Shown here: positions 46,108-55,829 of the stretch, in pieces
Layout of the letters: the number at the start of each line of letters is the position of its first letter
How positions within the stretch are numbered: the first letter of the stretch is position 1
Source of the DNA: Coriobacteriales bacterium
Lineage (GTDB): Bacteria > Actinomycetota > Coriobacteriia > Coriobacteriales > CADBOM01
DNA: 64,000 nt
Reading direction: 5' to 3'
NCBI GenBank assembly: GCA_963665595.2
Contig: CAXXJK010000009.1
Span: 164,289 to 228,288, forward strand
The notes under the pieces: model-generated
Told to the model about the DNA's origin: nothing
The model's database searches: none
Seen by the model: the letters and a program-made list of their open reading frames with translations, nothing else
Program-made: the position numbers and the translations under genes

Positions 46108-47553
46108 GTGAGAAGCAACATGTCATATAATCGCAATGATTCAGACCGATACTCTAATAAACGTTCTCAGGGTAATTCGAGAAATCGCCAAGAAAGAGAT
46201 GACATGAGAGAAGGGCGTTCCTTCCAGCCCTCAGATCATGCGCGTAGTGAACGCGACAGATCTCCTCGCCCCGATGCGTATCGTTCTTTAGGCAAGCATA
46301 CGAGCAGAGATTATTCTTCCGGTAGCAATGAGTACCGTTCCGCACGCAGCCCTCAGGGGTCTTCTTCTGAGACTCGCTATTCTCGATCAGATTCTCAAAA
46401 GCGTCAAAAGCGCCAGGATCAATCGCGCTATAGTGATTCACAACTCGCTCGTGTCCCTGATGATAAAAACCTCTACTCTCGTAGAACACCTCAAGATTAC
46501 ACGCGTGGTCGGAAGAGGAAAAAATCAAAGAAGAAGATTGCCTTTATTATTCTTGCTATCGTTGCCGTGCTATTGTTGGGGGGCGCCGGAGCGGTCTGGG
46601 CCTTTATGAATAATGTCAACTCTCAACTGCACTCAGGCTTTACTAATGATGAACTAACAAAACTTCAAGATGCCCTCGCAGACACCAATACCGGTTCAGA
46701 TCAGCCATTTTATATGCTGCTTATGGGAACCGATCGTCGCTCGTATGAAGGAGAGACACAGGATCGCTCAGACTCAATGATTCTTGTTCGTATTGATCCT
46801 CAACTCAAGCAAGCGGTCATGGTTTCTATTCATCGTGATATTCCGGTACTGTACAACGGTTCTTATGTGAAAATGAATGCACTACATTATTATGGCGGAG
46901 CCGCTCTTGCAGTGACTGGCATTTCAAAATTTGCAGGTGTGGATATCTCGCACTACGCAGAGATCAACTTCGATAACTTTGCGCAACTCATTGATGACTT
47001 GGGAGGCATCGAAATAGATGTTCCCGAGCATATTGATGCTACTGATACAGACGGCGTTCCTTTGTACAATCGCGACGGTTCCCCTGCATCAGATATTGAG
47101 CCGGGACTTCAGATTCTCAGTGGCGATCAAGCGCTTACGTTCTGCCGTTCGCGTACTGATTATAATGGTGATCAGCAACGTGCGGCGAACCAACGTGTTG
47201 TTCTTGAGGCAGTTGCCAATAAAGTGCTGAACCTCCCCTACAACCAAATGCTTGGCTATGTGAGCCAGATTGCAAGCTGCGTATCGACCGATATGACGGC
47301 CGATCAGGTGCTTACTCTTGCTAAACAACTTCAGGGTATGACAACGAGTAGTATCTATTCTTATATGGTGCCCACAGAAGGATTCTATGACGAAACAGGC
47401 TCAAAGTATGGTGTTGCACGCTGCTGGTGGGAAAAGGTTTATGACGATGATTGGAAGGCCATGATGGCCACCATCAAATCAGGTGAAATACCCAAGTCGC
47501 AGAGTTCATTTTATACGGGAAAGGTTTCGGACGAATATAAGAATGGTTCTTAG
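46108..47553 (+). CDS. LytR-CpsA-Psr (LCP) family protein with a long Arg/Ser-rich cytoplasmic tail
   Basis: LCP core FYMLLMGTDRR...DRSDSMILVRIDP and one TM helix (IAFIILAIVAVLLLGGAGAVWAF). The start may be the ATG at 46120. Confidence 0.85.
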   Translation: MRSNMSYNRNDSDRYSNKRSQGNSRNRQERDDMREGRSFQPSDHARSERDRSPRPDAYRSLGKHTSRDYSSGSNEYRSARSPQGSSSETRYSRSDSQKRQKRQDQSRYSDSQLARVPDDKNLYSRRTPQDYTRGRKRKKSKKKIAFIILAIVAVLLLGGAGAVWAFMNNVNSQLHSGFTNDELTKLQDALADTNTGSDQPFYMLLMGTDRRSYEGETQDRSDSMILVRIDPQLKQAVMVSIHRDIPVLYNGSYVKMNALHYYGGAALAVTGISKFAGVDISHYAEINFDNFAQLIDDLGGIEIDVPEHIDATDTDGVPLYNRDGSPASDIEPGLQILSGDQALTFCRSRTDYNGDQQRAANQRVVLEAVANKVLNLPYNQMLGYVSQIASCVSTDMTADQVLTLAKQLQGMTTSSIYSYMVPTEGFYDETGSKYGVARCWWEKVYDDDWKAMMATIKSGEIPKSQSSFYTGKVSDEYKNGS

Positions 47554-47609
47554 TAACAGCGTTTCTTAATAGCTTCATTTGAGATATCCTTTCAGTTCCA
47601 CGAAAACAT

Positions 47610-47639
47610 GAGAGCCCGATTCATTCGAAACGGGCTCTC
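47610..47639. terminator. Bidirectional hairpin terminator
   Basis: gagagcccg / cgggctctc stem between convergent genes. Confidence 0.6.
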
Positions 47640-47663
47640 AGCAATTCAGCATCTTTCAATATG

Positions 47664-48254
47664 TTACCGGGAATCAGTTCCCCTCTTGCGCCCCTCTTTG
47701 AAGGCAGCTATATTTGCTGCAATAGTTTTTGGTGGGACACGATTTTCGATAACAGTACGCCAGGTCTCTTCAGGAAATTCTAGTTGAGCAGAAAGAGCTC
47801 CTAACAATACAATATTTGTTCCCTTGGGGTTTCCGAGGTCGGAGGCAATTTTCAAGGCATCAATTACCAGAGCACCCTTTTCTGCAATGAACTCAAGGGT
47901 ATTCTCAGGCATAGCAGCGCTTCCAATGAGTACCGGCAGAGGTTTTATCTCTTCGCTGTTTACCAACATCTTCCCCGCAGGTGCAAGGTACGGAAGATAG
48001 CGAAGGGCCTCCGTTGCCTCAAAGGCAACAATATGGTCGGCTTCTCCGTAACTCAACAAGGGCGCATGGACAAGCGAGCCAAATCTAACAAATGTGACAA
48101 CGCTGCCGCCACGTTGAGACATCCCATGAATTTCTGAAACTTTTACATCAAGACCTTCGTGTGCGGCAACCCGCGCAAGAATATCAGCAGCGAGGACTGT
48201 CCCCTGTCCGCCTACACCGCACAAAAGAATTGAAAGACAATCGTCGTTGGCCAT
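47664..48254 (-). CDS. iorB: Indolepyruvate:ferredoxin oxidoreductase beta subunit
   Basis: GVGGQGTVLAADIL N-terminus. TAATG overlap with iorA. Confidence 0.8.
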   Translation of the reverse strand: MANDDCLSILLCGVGGQGTVLAADILARVAAHEGLDVKVSEIHGMSQRGGSVVTFVRFGSLVHAPLLSYGEADHIVAFEATEALRYLPYLAPAGKMLVNSEEIKPLPVLIGSAAMPENTLEFIAEKGALVIDALKIASDLGNPKGTNIVLLGALSAQLEFPEETWRTVIENRVPPKTIAANIAAFKEGRKRGTDSR

Positions 48255-50071
48255 TAGTTATCCTCCATTGTCGTGAGGGTTATCTGTTCGATACAGCCAA
48301 AGGGACAGTTTTGCGCGCATTGGCTACAACCAGTACAGAGGGTATCATCAATGACCGCACGACCTTCGGTATCTTTTCCTAACGCAGGGCAACCTATTGA
48401 GACGCACACACCGCATCCTTGGCAGGTATCGAGAACCACCGAAGGCGGATTCTTCGTGCGCTCGATAAGGACACAAGGAGATTTGAAAACGATGACTGAT
48501 AATTCCTCATTCTTGATGGCATCAGACAGCGCGCTGCGTACCGATTTCAGGTTTTGAGCATTTACTAATTTGATATCGGGTACTCCAAGGGCCTCAAGCA
48601 GTTCTACAATATCAAGTTCTGTGCTGCTTCGTTTCTGAAGAGTTATCCCATTGCAGGGATTGCCCTGTTGCCCGGTCATCGCTGTCGTGCGATTATCCAA
48701 AATGCAGAGAGTTCCTCCCCCACCGTTATACACAGTACCAAGGAGTGACGTTATGCCTGAGTGAGCAAATGTCGAATCTCCGATAACGCCTACGATGGGG
48801 CGCTTGGCGAGTTCCGGAAGATCAAAGCGGGGTACATCTTCTCGAGATATATTGCAGGCGAGATGGGCTTTTGCGAGCTCCATACCATGAGCCATTGAAA
48901 GTGACGCGCCCATGTCAACGCATGAATCTACTGCGTTGAGTGGTGGCAGCGCACCAAGGGTATAACAGCCAATATCTCCGGTAACTATCGCCTTCAGGCG
49001 ACGAAGTTCATTGAATACCAGACGATGCGGACAGCCAGGACACAGTGAGGGCGGACGTGGAGGCAGTGCGCCTTCGAATACTTCAAATGAAGGAACTTCG
49101 AGCTCAAACGCCTCACGAATGATGTGAGGCGTCATTTCGTCATCTTTGGGAAGTGGCAGTGGTGTCATGTCATAGGAGATACCTGCTGCGGCAATCTGTT
49201 GACTGAGATAAGCACTCGCCTCTTCTATTACATAGGTCTTCTTGCAGGTACGGGCAAATTCTTTGAGCTTATCAACCGGCAGTGGAAACGACATACCTAT
49301 TTTAAAGGTGGAGGCTTCAGGCAATGCCTCGCGAACATACTCGTACACTGCGCCCATAGAGATGACGCCGATATCGGTGTCTCTGTATTCGATTTGATTT
49401 AAGTCGGTCGATTCGGCAAAGATTTTGAGAGCCTCAAAACGTCGATCGTAATCTTTTCTACGAATTTTTGCATAGACCGGCATCATGACCCATTTTGAAG
49501 GATCCTTTTCATATGGTCGCTGAGGTACTTCAACCCGTTTTCCTGCAGAAACCAAGGCCTTGGTGTGAGAGATGCGAACAGTTGAGCGAATGAATACAGG
49601 GATATCAAATTCTTCAGAAATATCAAACGCCTGTTTAGTGAAATCATAGGACTCTTGAGAGTTTGAGGGATCTAGCATAGGTATATGTGCCGCGAGAGCA
49701 TAATAATGAGAATCTTGTTCATTTTGGCTTGAATAAATACCCGGATCGTCGGCGGCAAGGATGACAAGACCGGCATTTACGCCCGTATAGCTTGAGGTAA
49801 ACAATGGGTCAGCCGCCACATTTACACCGACGTGCTTCATGGTGACCAAGCTACGCACACCGCCGAGAGATGCTCCAATACCAACCTCAAGAGCTACTTT
49901 TTCGTTAGGAGCCCATTCTGCATACATGCCATCATATGTAGAAAGGCTTTCAAGCGTCTCCGTTGAAGGAGTCCCCGGATACCCGACACCAACGACAACG
50001 CCAGCGTCATATGCGCCACGTGCGATGGCCTCATTGCCGGATAGAAGCACACAATTACTCTGTTCGTTCAT
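48254..50071 (-). CDS. iorA: Indolepyruvate:ferredoxin oxidoreductase alpha subunit
   Basis: LSGNEAIARGA, the TPP motif GDSTFAHSG, and a C-terminal 2x[4Fe-4S] (CQGCGVC...CP and CTGCSQCAQNCP). Confidence 0.85.
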   Translation of the reverse strand: MNEQSNCVLLSGNEAIARGAYDAGVVVGVGYPGTPSTETLESLSTYDGMYAEWAPNEKVALEVGIGASLGGVRSLVTMKHVGVNVAADPLFTSSYTGVNAGLVILAADDPGIYSSQNEQDSHYYALAAHIPMLDPSNSQESYDFTKQAFDISEEFDIPVFIRSTVRISHTKALVSAGKRVEVPQRPYEKDPSKWVMMPVYAKIRRKDYDRRFEALKIFAESTDLNQIEYRDTDIGVISMGAVYEYVREALPEASTFKIGMSFPLPVDKLKEFARTCKKTYVIEEASAYLSQQIAAAGISYDMTPLPLPKDDEMTPHIIREAFELEVPSFEVFEGALPPRPPSLCPGCPHRLVFNELRRLKAIVTGDIGCYTLGALPPLNAVDSCVDMGASLSMAHGMELAKAHLACNISREDVPRFDLPELAKRPIVGVIGDSTFAHSGITSLLGTVYNGGGGTLCILDNRTTAMTGQQGNPCNGITLQKRSSTELDIVELLEALGVPDIKLVNAQNLKSVRSALSDAIKNEELSVIVFKSPCVLIERTKNPPSVVLDTCQGCGVCVSIGCPALGKDTEGRAVIDDTLCTGCSQCAQNCPFGCIEQITLTTMEDN

Positions 50072-50103
50072 TGAATCCTCTTCATATTCTCGGTGGTTTG
50101 ATG

Positions 50104-50559
50104 TCAGGAAAGCGAAAACCGCATTACGAATATGCCTACTTGCAAGGTGCTGCCGTCAGTCAGTTCCCCATGATCGACCGACTCGCCATCGACCCAAATC
50201 CCATTCAAGGAATTCGTGTCGTTTACCACTACCGTCCCATCAACAACATCGAGTACCGCATGTTTTCTTGAAACCGTCATATTGTTGAGAAAGATGTCGC
50301 AGGCAGGATCGCGGCCAATGGTAAGGGGAAAGTGTGTAAGGGCGAAGACTTCACCAGCCAGCGGCCCTTTTGTTATGATTAGCGTTGGTTTGTGGTGATT
50401 GGCAGAGACTGCCGAGACGTCGTTTCCATTATCACCGACCGCTTCAAATATCTCAGTCTGACCAACTAACTTGAAACCACAGCGCTGACAAGCATGCTGA
50501 TCTGAAGCTACGGGCGCTCCGCAAACGGGACATTTTTCAAGAGAAGTCACGTCATTCAT
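50104..50559 (-). CDS. Zinc-ribbon plus FHA domain protein
   Basis: CPVCGAP...CQRCG followed by the FHA core TIGRDPACDIFLNNMTVSRKHAVL...NDTNSLNG. Confidence 0.8.
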   Translation of the reverse strand: MNDVTSLEKCPVCGAPVASDQHACQRCGFKLVGQTEIFEAVGDNGNDVSAVSANHHKPTLIITKGPLAGEVFALTHFPLTIGRDPACDIFLNNMTVSRKHAVLDVVDGTVVVNDTNSLNGIWVDGESVDHGELTDGSTLQVGIFVMRFSLS

Positions 50560-50599
50560 CTCCTTAGTGCATGTGCTGATATATACAGAACATGCTAAC

Positions 50600-51487
50600 T
50601 CATTCTATCCCTTCAAGTTTGTGAGCACCGACAAAATCACGGTCAATTCGTAAGAGGTGTTCAAGCTGCGCCTCACCGGGAGTGAGATAAGAGGCGCTAG
50701 TGGCGTTTGGAAATAGGATACCGGCATCCGAGAGAAGGCGCTCATAGTTTTTTCGACCGATAACTTGAAGTTCAGGAAAGCTCAGTAAGGCACGCCAAAA
50801 AGGAATACTAAAGGCTATGGGGAAAAATATCCTGAGAACTGATATACCGGATAAAGATTCTTCCACAATCATCAAGGGAGTATGTTCCCAGCTGATCATG
50901 AACAATGATCCATCATGGAGAAATTGCTCTTTGTCTAGGGCGGCAAGTTTTTCAATTATTGAAAACGACGAAGGCCCCCACAAGACAAACTGACCAAGTA
51001 CTCCTGTTTCATTAGTTATGACAAGATCGCAAAATAAGGGCCCCTGCTCATCGTCGAGATGAGCGTGCGCATCAAACCATTCATATAATTCTTCGGCATG
51101 AGGGGCGTCAGAGATAATAAGAAATTCGTAACTGCCCGATTTCACAACCTCAATCAAATCAATGATTTCGGCTTCCCCGGTAAGAACCAAGCTATAGATA
51201 TGGTCCCCAATTTCTTGTAAGGAAAGTATATCTGCCGTGCACATCGTCTGCAGGAAATGATAGGAATCTTTTCCAGATACGCGCAAAAGACCTTGATATG
51301 TGGCATCAGTAAGAAGCGGGTGATCTAACTCATCGTCAACGGTTTCTAGTGGGCCATAATCATATGCTATTACGTACGGACCAAAATCAGAAAGACGCCC
51401 GCCGAGGTTTTTATGTTCTACATGCAGCGGAAGTTCAACGAGTTCAGAATTTTCAAGCAGAGAATCATCGTTTTGCTCTTCAGACAT
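50600..51487 (-). CDS. GcvT/YgfZ-like aminomethyltransferase-fold (folate-binding) protein, divergent
   Basis: LLRVSGKDSYHFLQTMCTADI resembles the GcvT-family block v.G.da..fLq...tndv. The assignment is weak. Confidence 0.45.
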   Translation of the reverse strand: MSEEQNDDSLLENSELVELPLHVEHKNLGGRLSDFGPYVIAYDYGPLETVDDELDHPLLTDATYQGLLRVSGKDSYHFLQTMCTADILSLQEIGDHIYSLVLTGEAEIIDLIEVVKSGSYEFLIISDAPHAEELYEWFDAHAHLDDEQGPLFCDLVITNETGVLGQFVLWGPSSFSIIEKLAALDKEQFLHDGSLFMISWEHTPLMIVEESLSGISVLRIFFPIAFSIPFWRALLSFPELQVIGRKNYERLLSDAGILFPNATSASYLTPGEAQLEHLLRIDRDFVGAHKLEGIE

Positions 51488-51499
51488 GATCGCCGTCCC

Positions 51500-52786
51500 C
51501 TAACCAATGGTATTTGTGGTAAGCGTTGCAGGTATCGCAAGAGTACTGGCGGTTTTTTCATTACCATGTCCGGTAACCGTGCTGAAAAGATTGCCAAACC
51601 ATATGCCTATTGATTCAAAGAAATTTGGTGTAGGCACATCTTCCACAATACAGAGAGGAGCTTGGCCGATGACCTTTCCCGCTTGGTACCAGACGATCGT
51701 ACCTACCGTATCGCCTGCATGCAGAGCTTGTGTAGTTTCGTTAAGTGCTACGGTGCAGGTGACATCTCCACCGTAGTCATATACCCATGCGTTGACTGCG
51801 TAGCCTGCGACGAGATCTATTTTTTTATCTGGCCACGCACAGCAGGCATAGGCGCCAACGACCGCTTTTGCTGAAATTAACGACACGTTGTTGGTATGAG
51901 AAAAGCCCCATTCAAGGAGGCACGCGCTATCTTTAAAACGCGACCAAGCCGAACTATCGCCAAAAACGATAGCATACATCTCAAGATTTTTGTTGTTTGC
52001 AGCGCTTACCAAACAATATCCCGCTTCATCAGTAAAGCCAGTCTTAAGCCCGATCACGGTGCCTAATGCGTCAGACGAAGAGGCATATGCGGCGGTCTTA
52101 GTCAGGAGCTCGTTGGCATTTTTATATACGTACGGTACACCATTTTTGTCAGAAAATGAATAACTTGTTGATCCGATAATCGTCCTGAAGTCGTTGTTTT
52201 GCATGGCATAAAGAGTGAGCTTTACGTAGTCAGATACGGTGGTGTAGTGAGCGGGGTCCTCAAGACCATTAGGTGTCACAAAATGGCTATTGTTCATACC
52301 AAGCTGTGCAGCCTTTTCATTCATCATGGCCGCAAAACCTTCGGGACTTCCCCCGATATATTCTGCTAAGGCCACTGCCGCATCGTTACCCGATACCAAT
52401 AGAAGGCCATAGAGAAGATCACGAACAGTAAGAGTTTGTCCTTCATAGAGGTCAGCTGATGTCGGTTCTTGGCTGGCCGCATATTCTGAAACGGTGACCT
52501 CATCGTTTAAGTTTGCATGTTCAAGTACCACAATAGCCGTAAGAATTTTCGTAGTTGATGCCATTGGTACTTGGGTATCGGCATTTTTTGACCACAATAC
52601 GGTTCCATCGCTTGAAAACACAGCAGCATAGGGCGCGCTTACGTCAGGGACCTTAGAAACACTTGATGGATAACTCAGATAGGGCGTATTCGCGAAAGCG
52701 TAGGCAGGCACCAAAGTGCATGCAATAACTACGCACATAAAACAGGCAAGTATGCGAGTACCTATGGCTCTCGATATTCGTATCAA
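51500..52786 (-). CDS. D-alanyl-D-alanine carboxypeptidase (S11 penicillin-binding protein)
   Basis: Signal/TM N-terminus. SxxK (ASTTK), SxN (SGND) and KTG (LKTGFT) motifs. Confidence 0.85.
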   Translation of the reverse strand: MIRISRAIGTRILACFMCVVIACTLVPAYAFANTPYLSYPSSVSKVPDVSAPYAAVFSSDGTVLWSKNADTQVPMASTTKILTAIVVLEHANLNDEVTVSEYAASQEPTSADLYEGQTLTVRDLLYGLLLVSGNDAAVALAEYIGGSPEGFAAMMNEKAAQLGMNNSHFVTPNGLEDPAHYTTVSDYVKLTLYAMQNNDFRTIIGSTSYSFSDKNGVPYVYKNANELLTKTAAYASSSDALGTVIGLKTGFTDEAGYCLVSAANNKNLEMYAIVFGDSSAWSRFKDSACLLEWGFSHTNNVSLISAKAVVGAYACCAWPDKKIDLVAGYAVNAWVYDYGGDVTCTVALNETTQALHAGDTVGTIVWYQAGKVIGQAPLCIVEDVPTPNFFESIGIWFGNLFSTVTGHGNEKTASTLAIPATLTTNTIG

Positions 52787-52798
52787 ATCAAAAATCTC

Positions 52799-53233
52799 CT
52801 AATCAAGTATGTATAAATCAGAAGCGTTCAAAATGGTAAAACCGGCTTTTTCAACGACAGCACGGGCATCGGTAATAGGGTCAATCTTAAGAATATTGAT
52901 TGCGCGACCGTCACCCTCGACGATTTCAGCACAGTAGGCATACTCAACATTGATGTCCGCGCGATCAAAAGCTTCCATAAGCTCTGCAAGCCCACCAGGT
53001 CGATCGTCAATCATGATTGCAGCAACAGAAGTGAGTTTTGCGGGGAATCCCGCTTCTTTTAGAAAAGCTTGTGCGCGATTTGGGGTATCACAGACAATGC
53101 GCGCAATACCATATTCGGGCGTGTCTGCTATTACCAGCATATGCATCTGAATGCCGCCTTCGCCGAGCGTGCGGCATAAACGCGCTAGATTGCCTTTTTC
53201 GTTTTCGAGGAATACTGTGAGCTGATCAATCAT
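52799..53233 (-). CDS. ACT-domain protein (tandem ACT)
   Basis: ~144 aa. The LTVFLENEKGNLARL pattern occurs twice. Lies directly downstream of paaK. Confidence 0.7.
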   Translation of the reverse strand: MIDQLTVFLENEKGNLARLCRTLGEGGIQMHMLVIADTPEYGIARIVCDTPNRAQAFLKEAGFPAKLTSVAAIMIDDRPGGLAELMEAFDRADINVEYAYCAEIVEGDGRAINILKIDPITDARAVVEKAGFTILNASDLYILD

Positions 53234-53242
53234 GGGTTACAC

Positions 53243-54565
53243 CTAGTTTCCTTCCCAAGCGTTTTTTACCTCACGGTTATCAATAACTCGCTTTGCTTTA
53301 CCCTCTGAGCGAGCGATGGTAAGTGGCCCTACAAGTTTCAAATCAACCTTGATCTGAAGATTACCCTTAAGAGCGTCTCCGATGCGTTTTTTGAGGCGTT
53401 CGACCTGCTTGATTTCATCAAATTCAAATTCAGGTACTGTCTCAATCTGAAGCTCTACATGGTCAAGGGTACCGATGGTCGAGAGGATGATCTGATAGTG
53501 CGATGTGACCTCATCAAACTGTGTGATAACCTGTTCAATCTGGCTAGGAAATACATTGACGCCACGAATGATAAGCATGTCATCGGTACGTCCTTGGAGA
53601 CGATCCATCCTGCGGTGCGTGATACCACAAGGACAGTCGCCGGGAAGTATACGAGAAATATCGCGTGTTCGATAACGAATGATGGGAGAAGCTTCACGGT
53701 CAAGTGATGTCAAGACTACTTCGCCCCACTCTCCGTCCGGCACTGGTTTGAGAGTTTCAGGGTCAATAATCTCAATGAGAAAATGATCTTCTGCAACATG
53801 CAGGCCATGCTGCTCGCGACATTCGCAGGCAACGCCAGGCCCTATGACTTCAGAGAGCCCATAGATATCATGTACGGTAATTCCCAACTTCTGTTCGATT
53901 TCCTGACGCATATTCTCAGAACAAGGTTCGGCCCCAAGTATGCCCGCCGATAAAGGAAAATCAGTTGCAGGGTTATATCCCATTTCTATCGCTTTATCGG
54001 CAAGATTAAGCGCATAACTGGGGGTGCAACACAAAACATCGGATTCAAAATCCTTCATTATCTGTATCTGACGCTGCGAGTTGCCTGATGACATGGGTAT
54101 AGTGAGGCATTTCATTTTTAGTGCCCCATTATCTGCGCCTAATCCACCGGTAAAAAGACCATAGCCATAGGCGATCTGTACGATTGCATGCTCATCGTGT
54201 CCGGTAGAAGCAATATCTCGTGCGAGGCAGTCCGCCCAAACATCGAGATCATGTGCGGTATAACCTACCACCGTGGCTTGGCCGGTTGTACCCGATGAAG
54301 CGTGCACACGTACGGCATCGCGCTTATCGACTGCCCAGAGCCCAAATGGATAATGATCGCGTAGATCCTGTTTAACCGTGAAGGGAAATTTCTCGATATC
54401 AGCAAGCGATTCAATGCTATCAGGGCTGACGCCCGCCTCGTCAAAAGATTTCTTGTAGAAATCAATGCGCTCATAGCAATACACAAGAGATTCTTTGAGA
54501 CGTTTGAGTTGGAGAGCCTCGAGATCTGTATGGTCCATAGTTTCGATTTCTGGCTGGTAGTACAC
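53243..54565 (-). CDS. paaK: Phenylacetate-CoA ligase family protein
   Basis: SSGTTGQATVV AMP-binding motif, YGLSE, and PaaK-like length and ends. Confidence 0.85.
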   Translation of the reverse strand: MYYQPEIETMDHTDLEALQLKRLKESLVYCYERIDFYKKSFDEAGVSPDSIESLADIEKFPFTVKQDLRDHYPFGLWAVDKRDAVRVHASSGTTGQATVVGYTAHDLDVWADCLARDIASTGHDEHAIVQIAYGYGLFTGGLGADNGALKMKCLTIPMSSGNSQRQIQIMKDFESDVLCCTPSYALNLADKAIEMGYNPATDFPLSAGILGAEPCSENMRQEIEQKLGITVHDIYGLSEVIGPGVACECREQHGLHVAEDHFLIEIIDPETLKPVPDGEWGEVVLTSLDREASPIIRYRTRDISRILPGDCPCGITHRRMDRLQGRTDDMLIIRGVNVFPSQIEQVITQFDEVTSHYQIILSTIGTLDHVELQIETVPEFEFDEIKQVERLKKRIGDALKGNLQIKVDLKLVGPLTIARSEGKAKRVIDNREVKNAWEGN

Positions 54566-54661
54566 TGATTACCTCCTGTGGGAATCGGATGATGCAATTG
54601 TAACGCTTGTATCGGCACAGAATGTTTCGCTACACGGGTCTTACACTTGTTTTCGTAACAA

Positions 54662-55330
54662 TTAATGCTTTGATGGTGTGTGGGTGTTTCTGAATCGCCG
54701 AGTTGTTCCAAAATGAATACCACGATAGAGATAGATGATGCCAGTAGCCCATGAAAGAACAATACCTACATAGGCAAACCAGATGCCGACAGCGCAGGGC
54801 GTAAAGCCAAAGCCGGGTAGAAACGGACTATCAAAGAGACCCAACCCAAAAACCATAGGCCAATTAAGCACGAGACTTGCAAAACCTACCATGAGAAAAG
54901 CAGTTGCTATTTTTCCTAAATAGATGACGGTGAGCTGTTCGTGATAACGACGATCAAGGTAGATGGTGAGTATTCCTAATACGATATCACGAAGGAAGAC
55001 GAGTACGAGTAACCAGAGAGGCAGTCTGTCAAGAAGCGCTAACGCAATAACACCGACGGCTAAGAGCAGCCGGTCTACTGCGGGATCAAGCACTTTCCCC
55101 AACGCTGATACCTGACCGGTACGTCGAGCAACTTGACCATCAATCCAGTCAGTTCCCGCTGCAACTGCAAAGATGATGCAGCCCATGGTGTTGTCTTGTA
55201 ATATGACGAAAAAATAAAAGAAAAAGGGAATAAGGAGGAGGCGTATAAACGAGATAACATTGGGAATCGTAAATACCCGATGTACAACCTTTGATTCCTC
55301 TATAACCTGTTCTTCGGTTATCTTACTCAT
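54662..55330 (-). CDS. pgsA: CDP-alcohol phosphatidyltransferase (PgsA-like)
   Basis: Motif DWIDGQVARRTGQVSALGKVLDPAVDR (DG..AR...G...D...D). Multi-TM. Confidence 0.8.
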   Translation of the reverse strand: MSKITEEQVIEESKVVHRVFTIPNVISFIRLLLIPFFFYFFVILQDNTMGCIIFAVAAGTDWIDGQVARRTGQVSALGKVLDPAVDRLLLAVGVIALALLDRLPLWLLVLVFLRDIVLGILTIYLDRRYHEQLTVIYLGKIATAFLMVGFASLVLNWPMVFGLGLFDSPFLPGFGFTPCAVGIWFAYVGIVLSWATGIIYLYRGIHFGTTRRFRNTHTPSKH

Positions 55331-55454
55331 GGATACGCTTTCGTTTTGTTGTTATTGTTTTACCCTGGATCATTCTAGCATGAAGCAGGAGAGACACGGT
55401 GTGTCTCACCATGTCTCTCCTGCTGGTATTCAGCGAATCACCATTCTGCTGGTA

Positions 55455-55814
55455 TTATTCTGCGGTGGTAAGCTCAGGCTTTTTCAGCACAATCCACTGC
55501 TGCTCAGTCGTGGGAGCGGTATAGTCATTTTTGTTTGATAAACAACTCTTAGGACACTTGCGTACACAGTTCTGACAGGTTACGCAGCGAAATGGATTGA
55601 TCTTCCAAGTTTCCTCGGCCTTATTAACCTCTATGGCGTTTGCCGGACATGATTTCTGGCAGATACCACACAGGATGCAATCCTCAATAACACAGACGAT
55701 GTGTCCTGCGGATTTTTCAAAATAGTGAACCGGCTCGGCGGGATAGAGTCTTGTGGCCGGCTTAGAAAACAAGTTTTTCAGCGTTATCTTACTAAAAGTA
55801 AACACCTTGCTCAT
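55455..55814 (-). CDS. Hydrogenase 2x[4Fe-4S] subunit (EchF/NuoI-like)
   Basis: CILCGICQKSCP and CVTCQNCVRKCP. Confidence 0.8.
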   Translation of the reverse strand: MSKVFTFSKITLKNLFSKPATRLYPAEPVHYFEKSAGHIVCVIEDCILCGICQKSCPANAIEVNKAEETWKINPFRCVTCQNCVRKCPKSCLSNKNDYTAPTTEQQWIVLKKPELTTAE

Positions 55815-55829
55815 AATACTCCTCCCCTC

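Noticed and set aside
54265-54762. 165-aa minus-strand ORF spanning the paaK 5' end and the pgsA 3' end
   Set aside because: It is an out-of-frame overlap with two well-supported genes.
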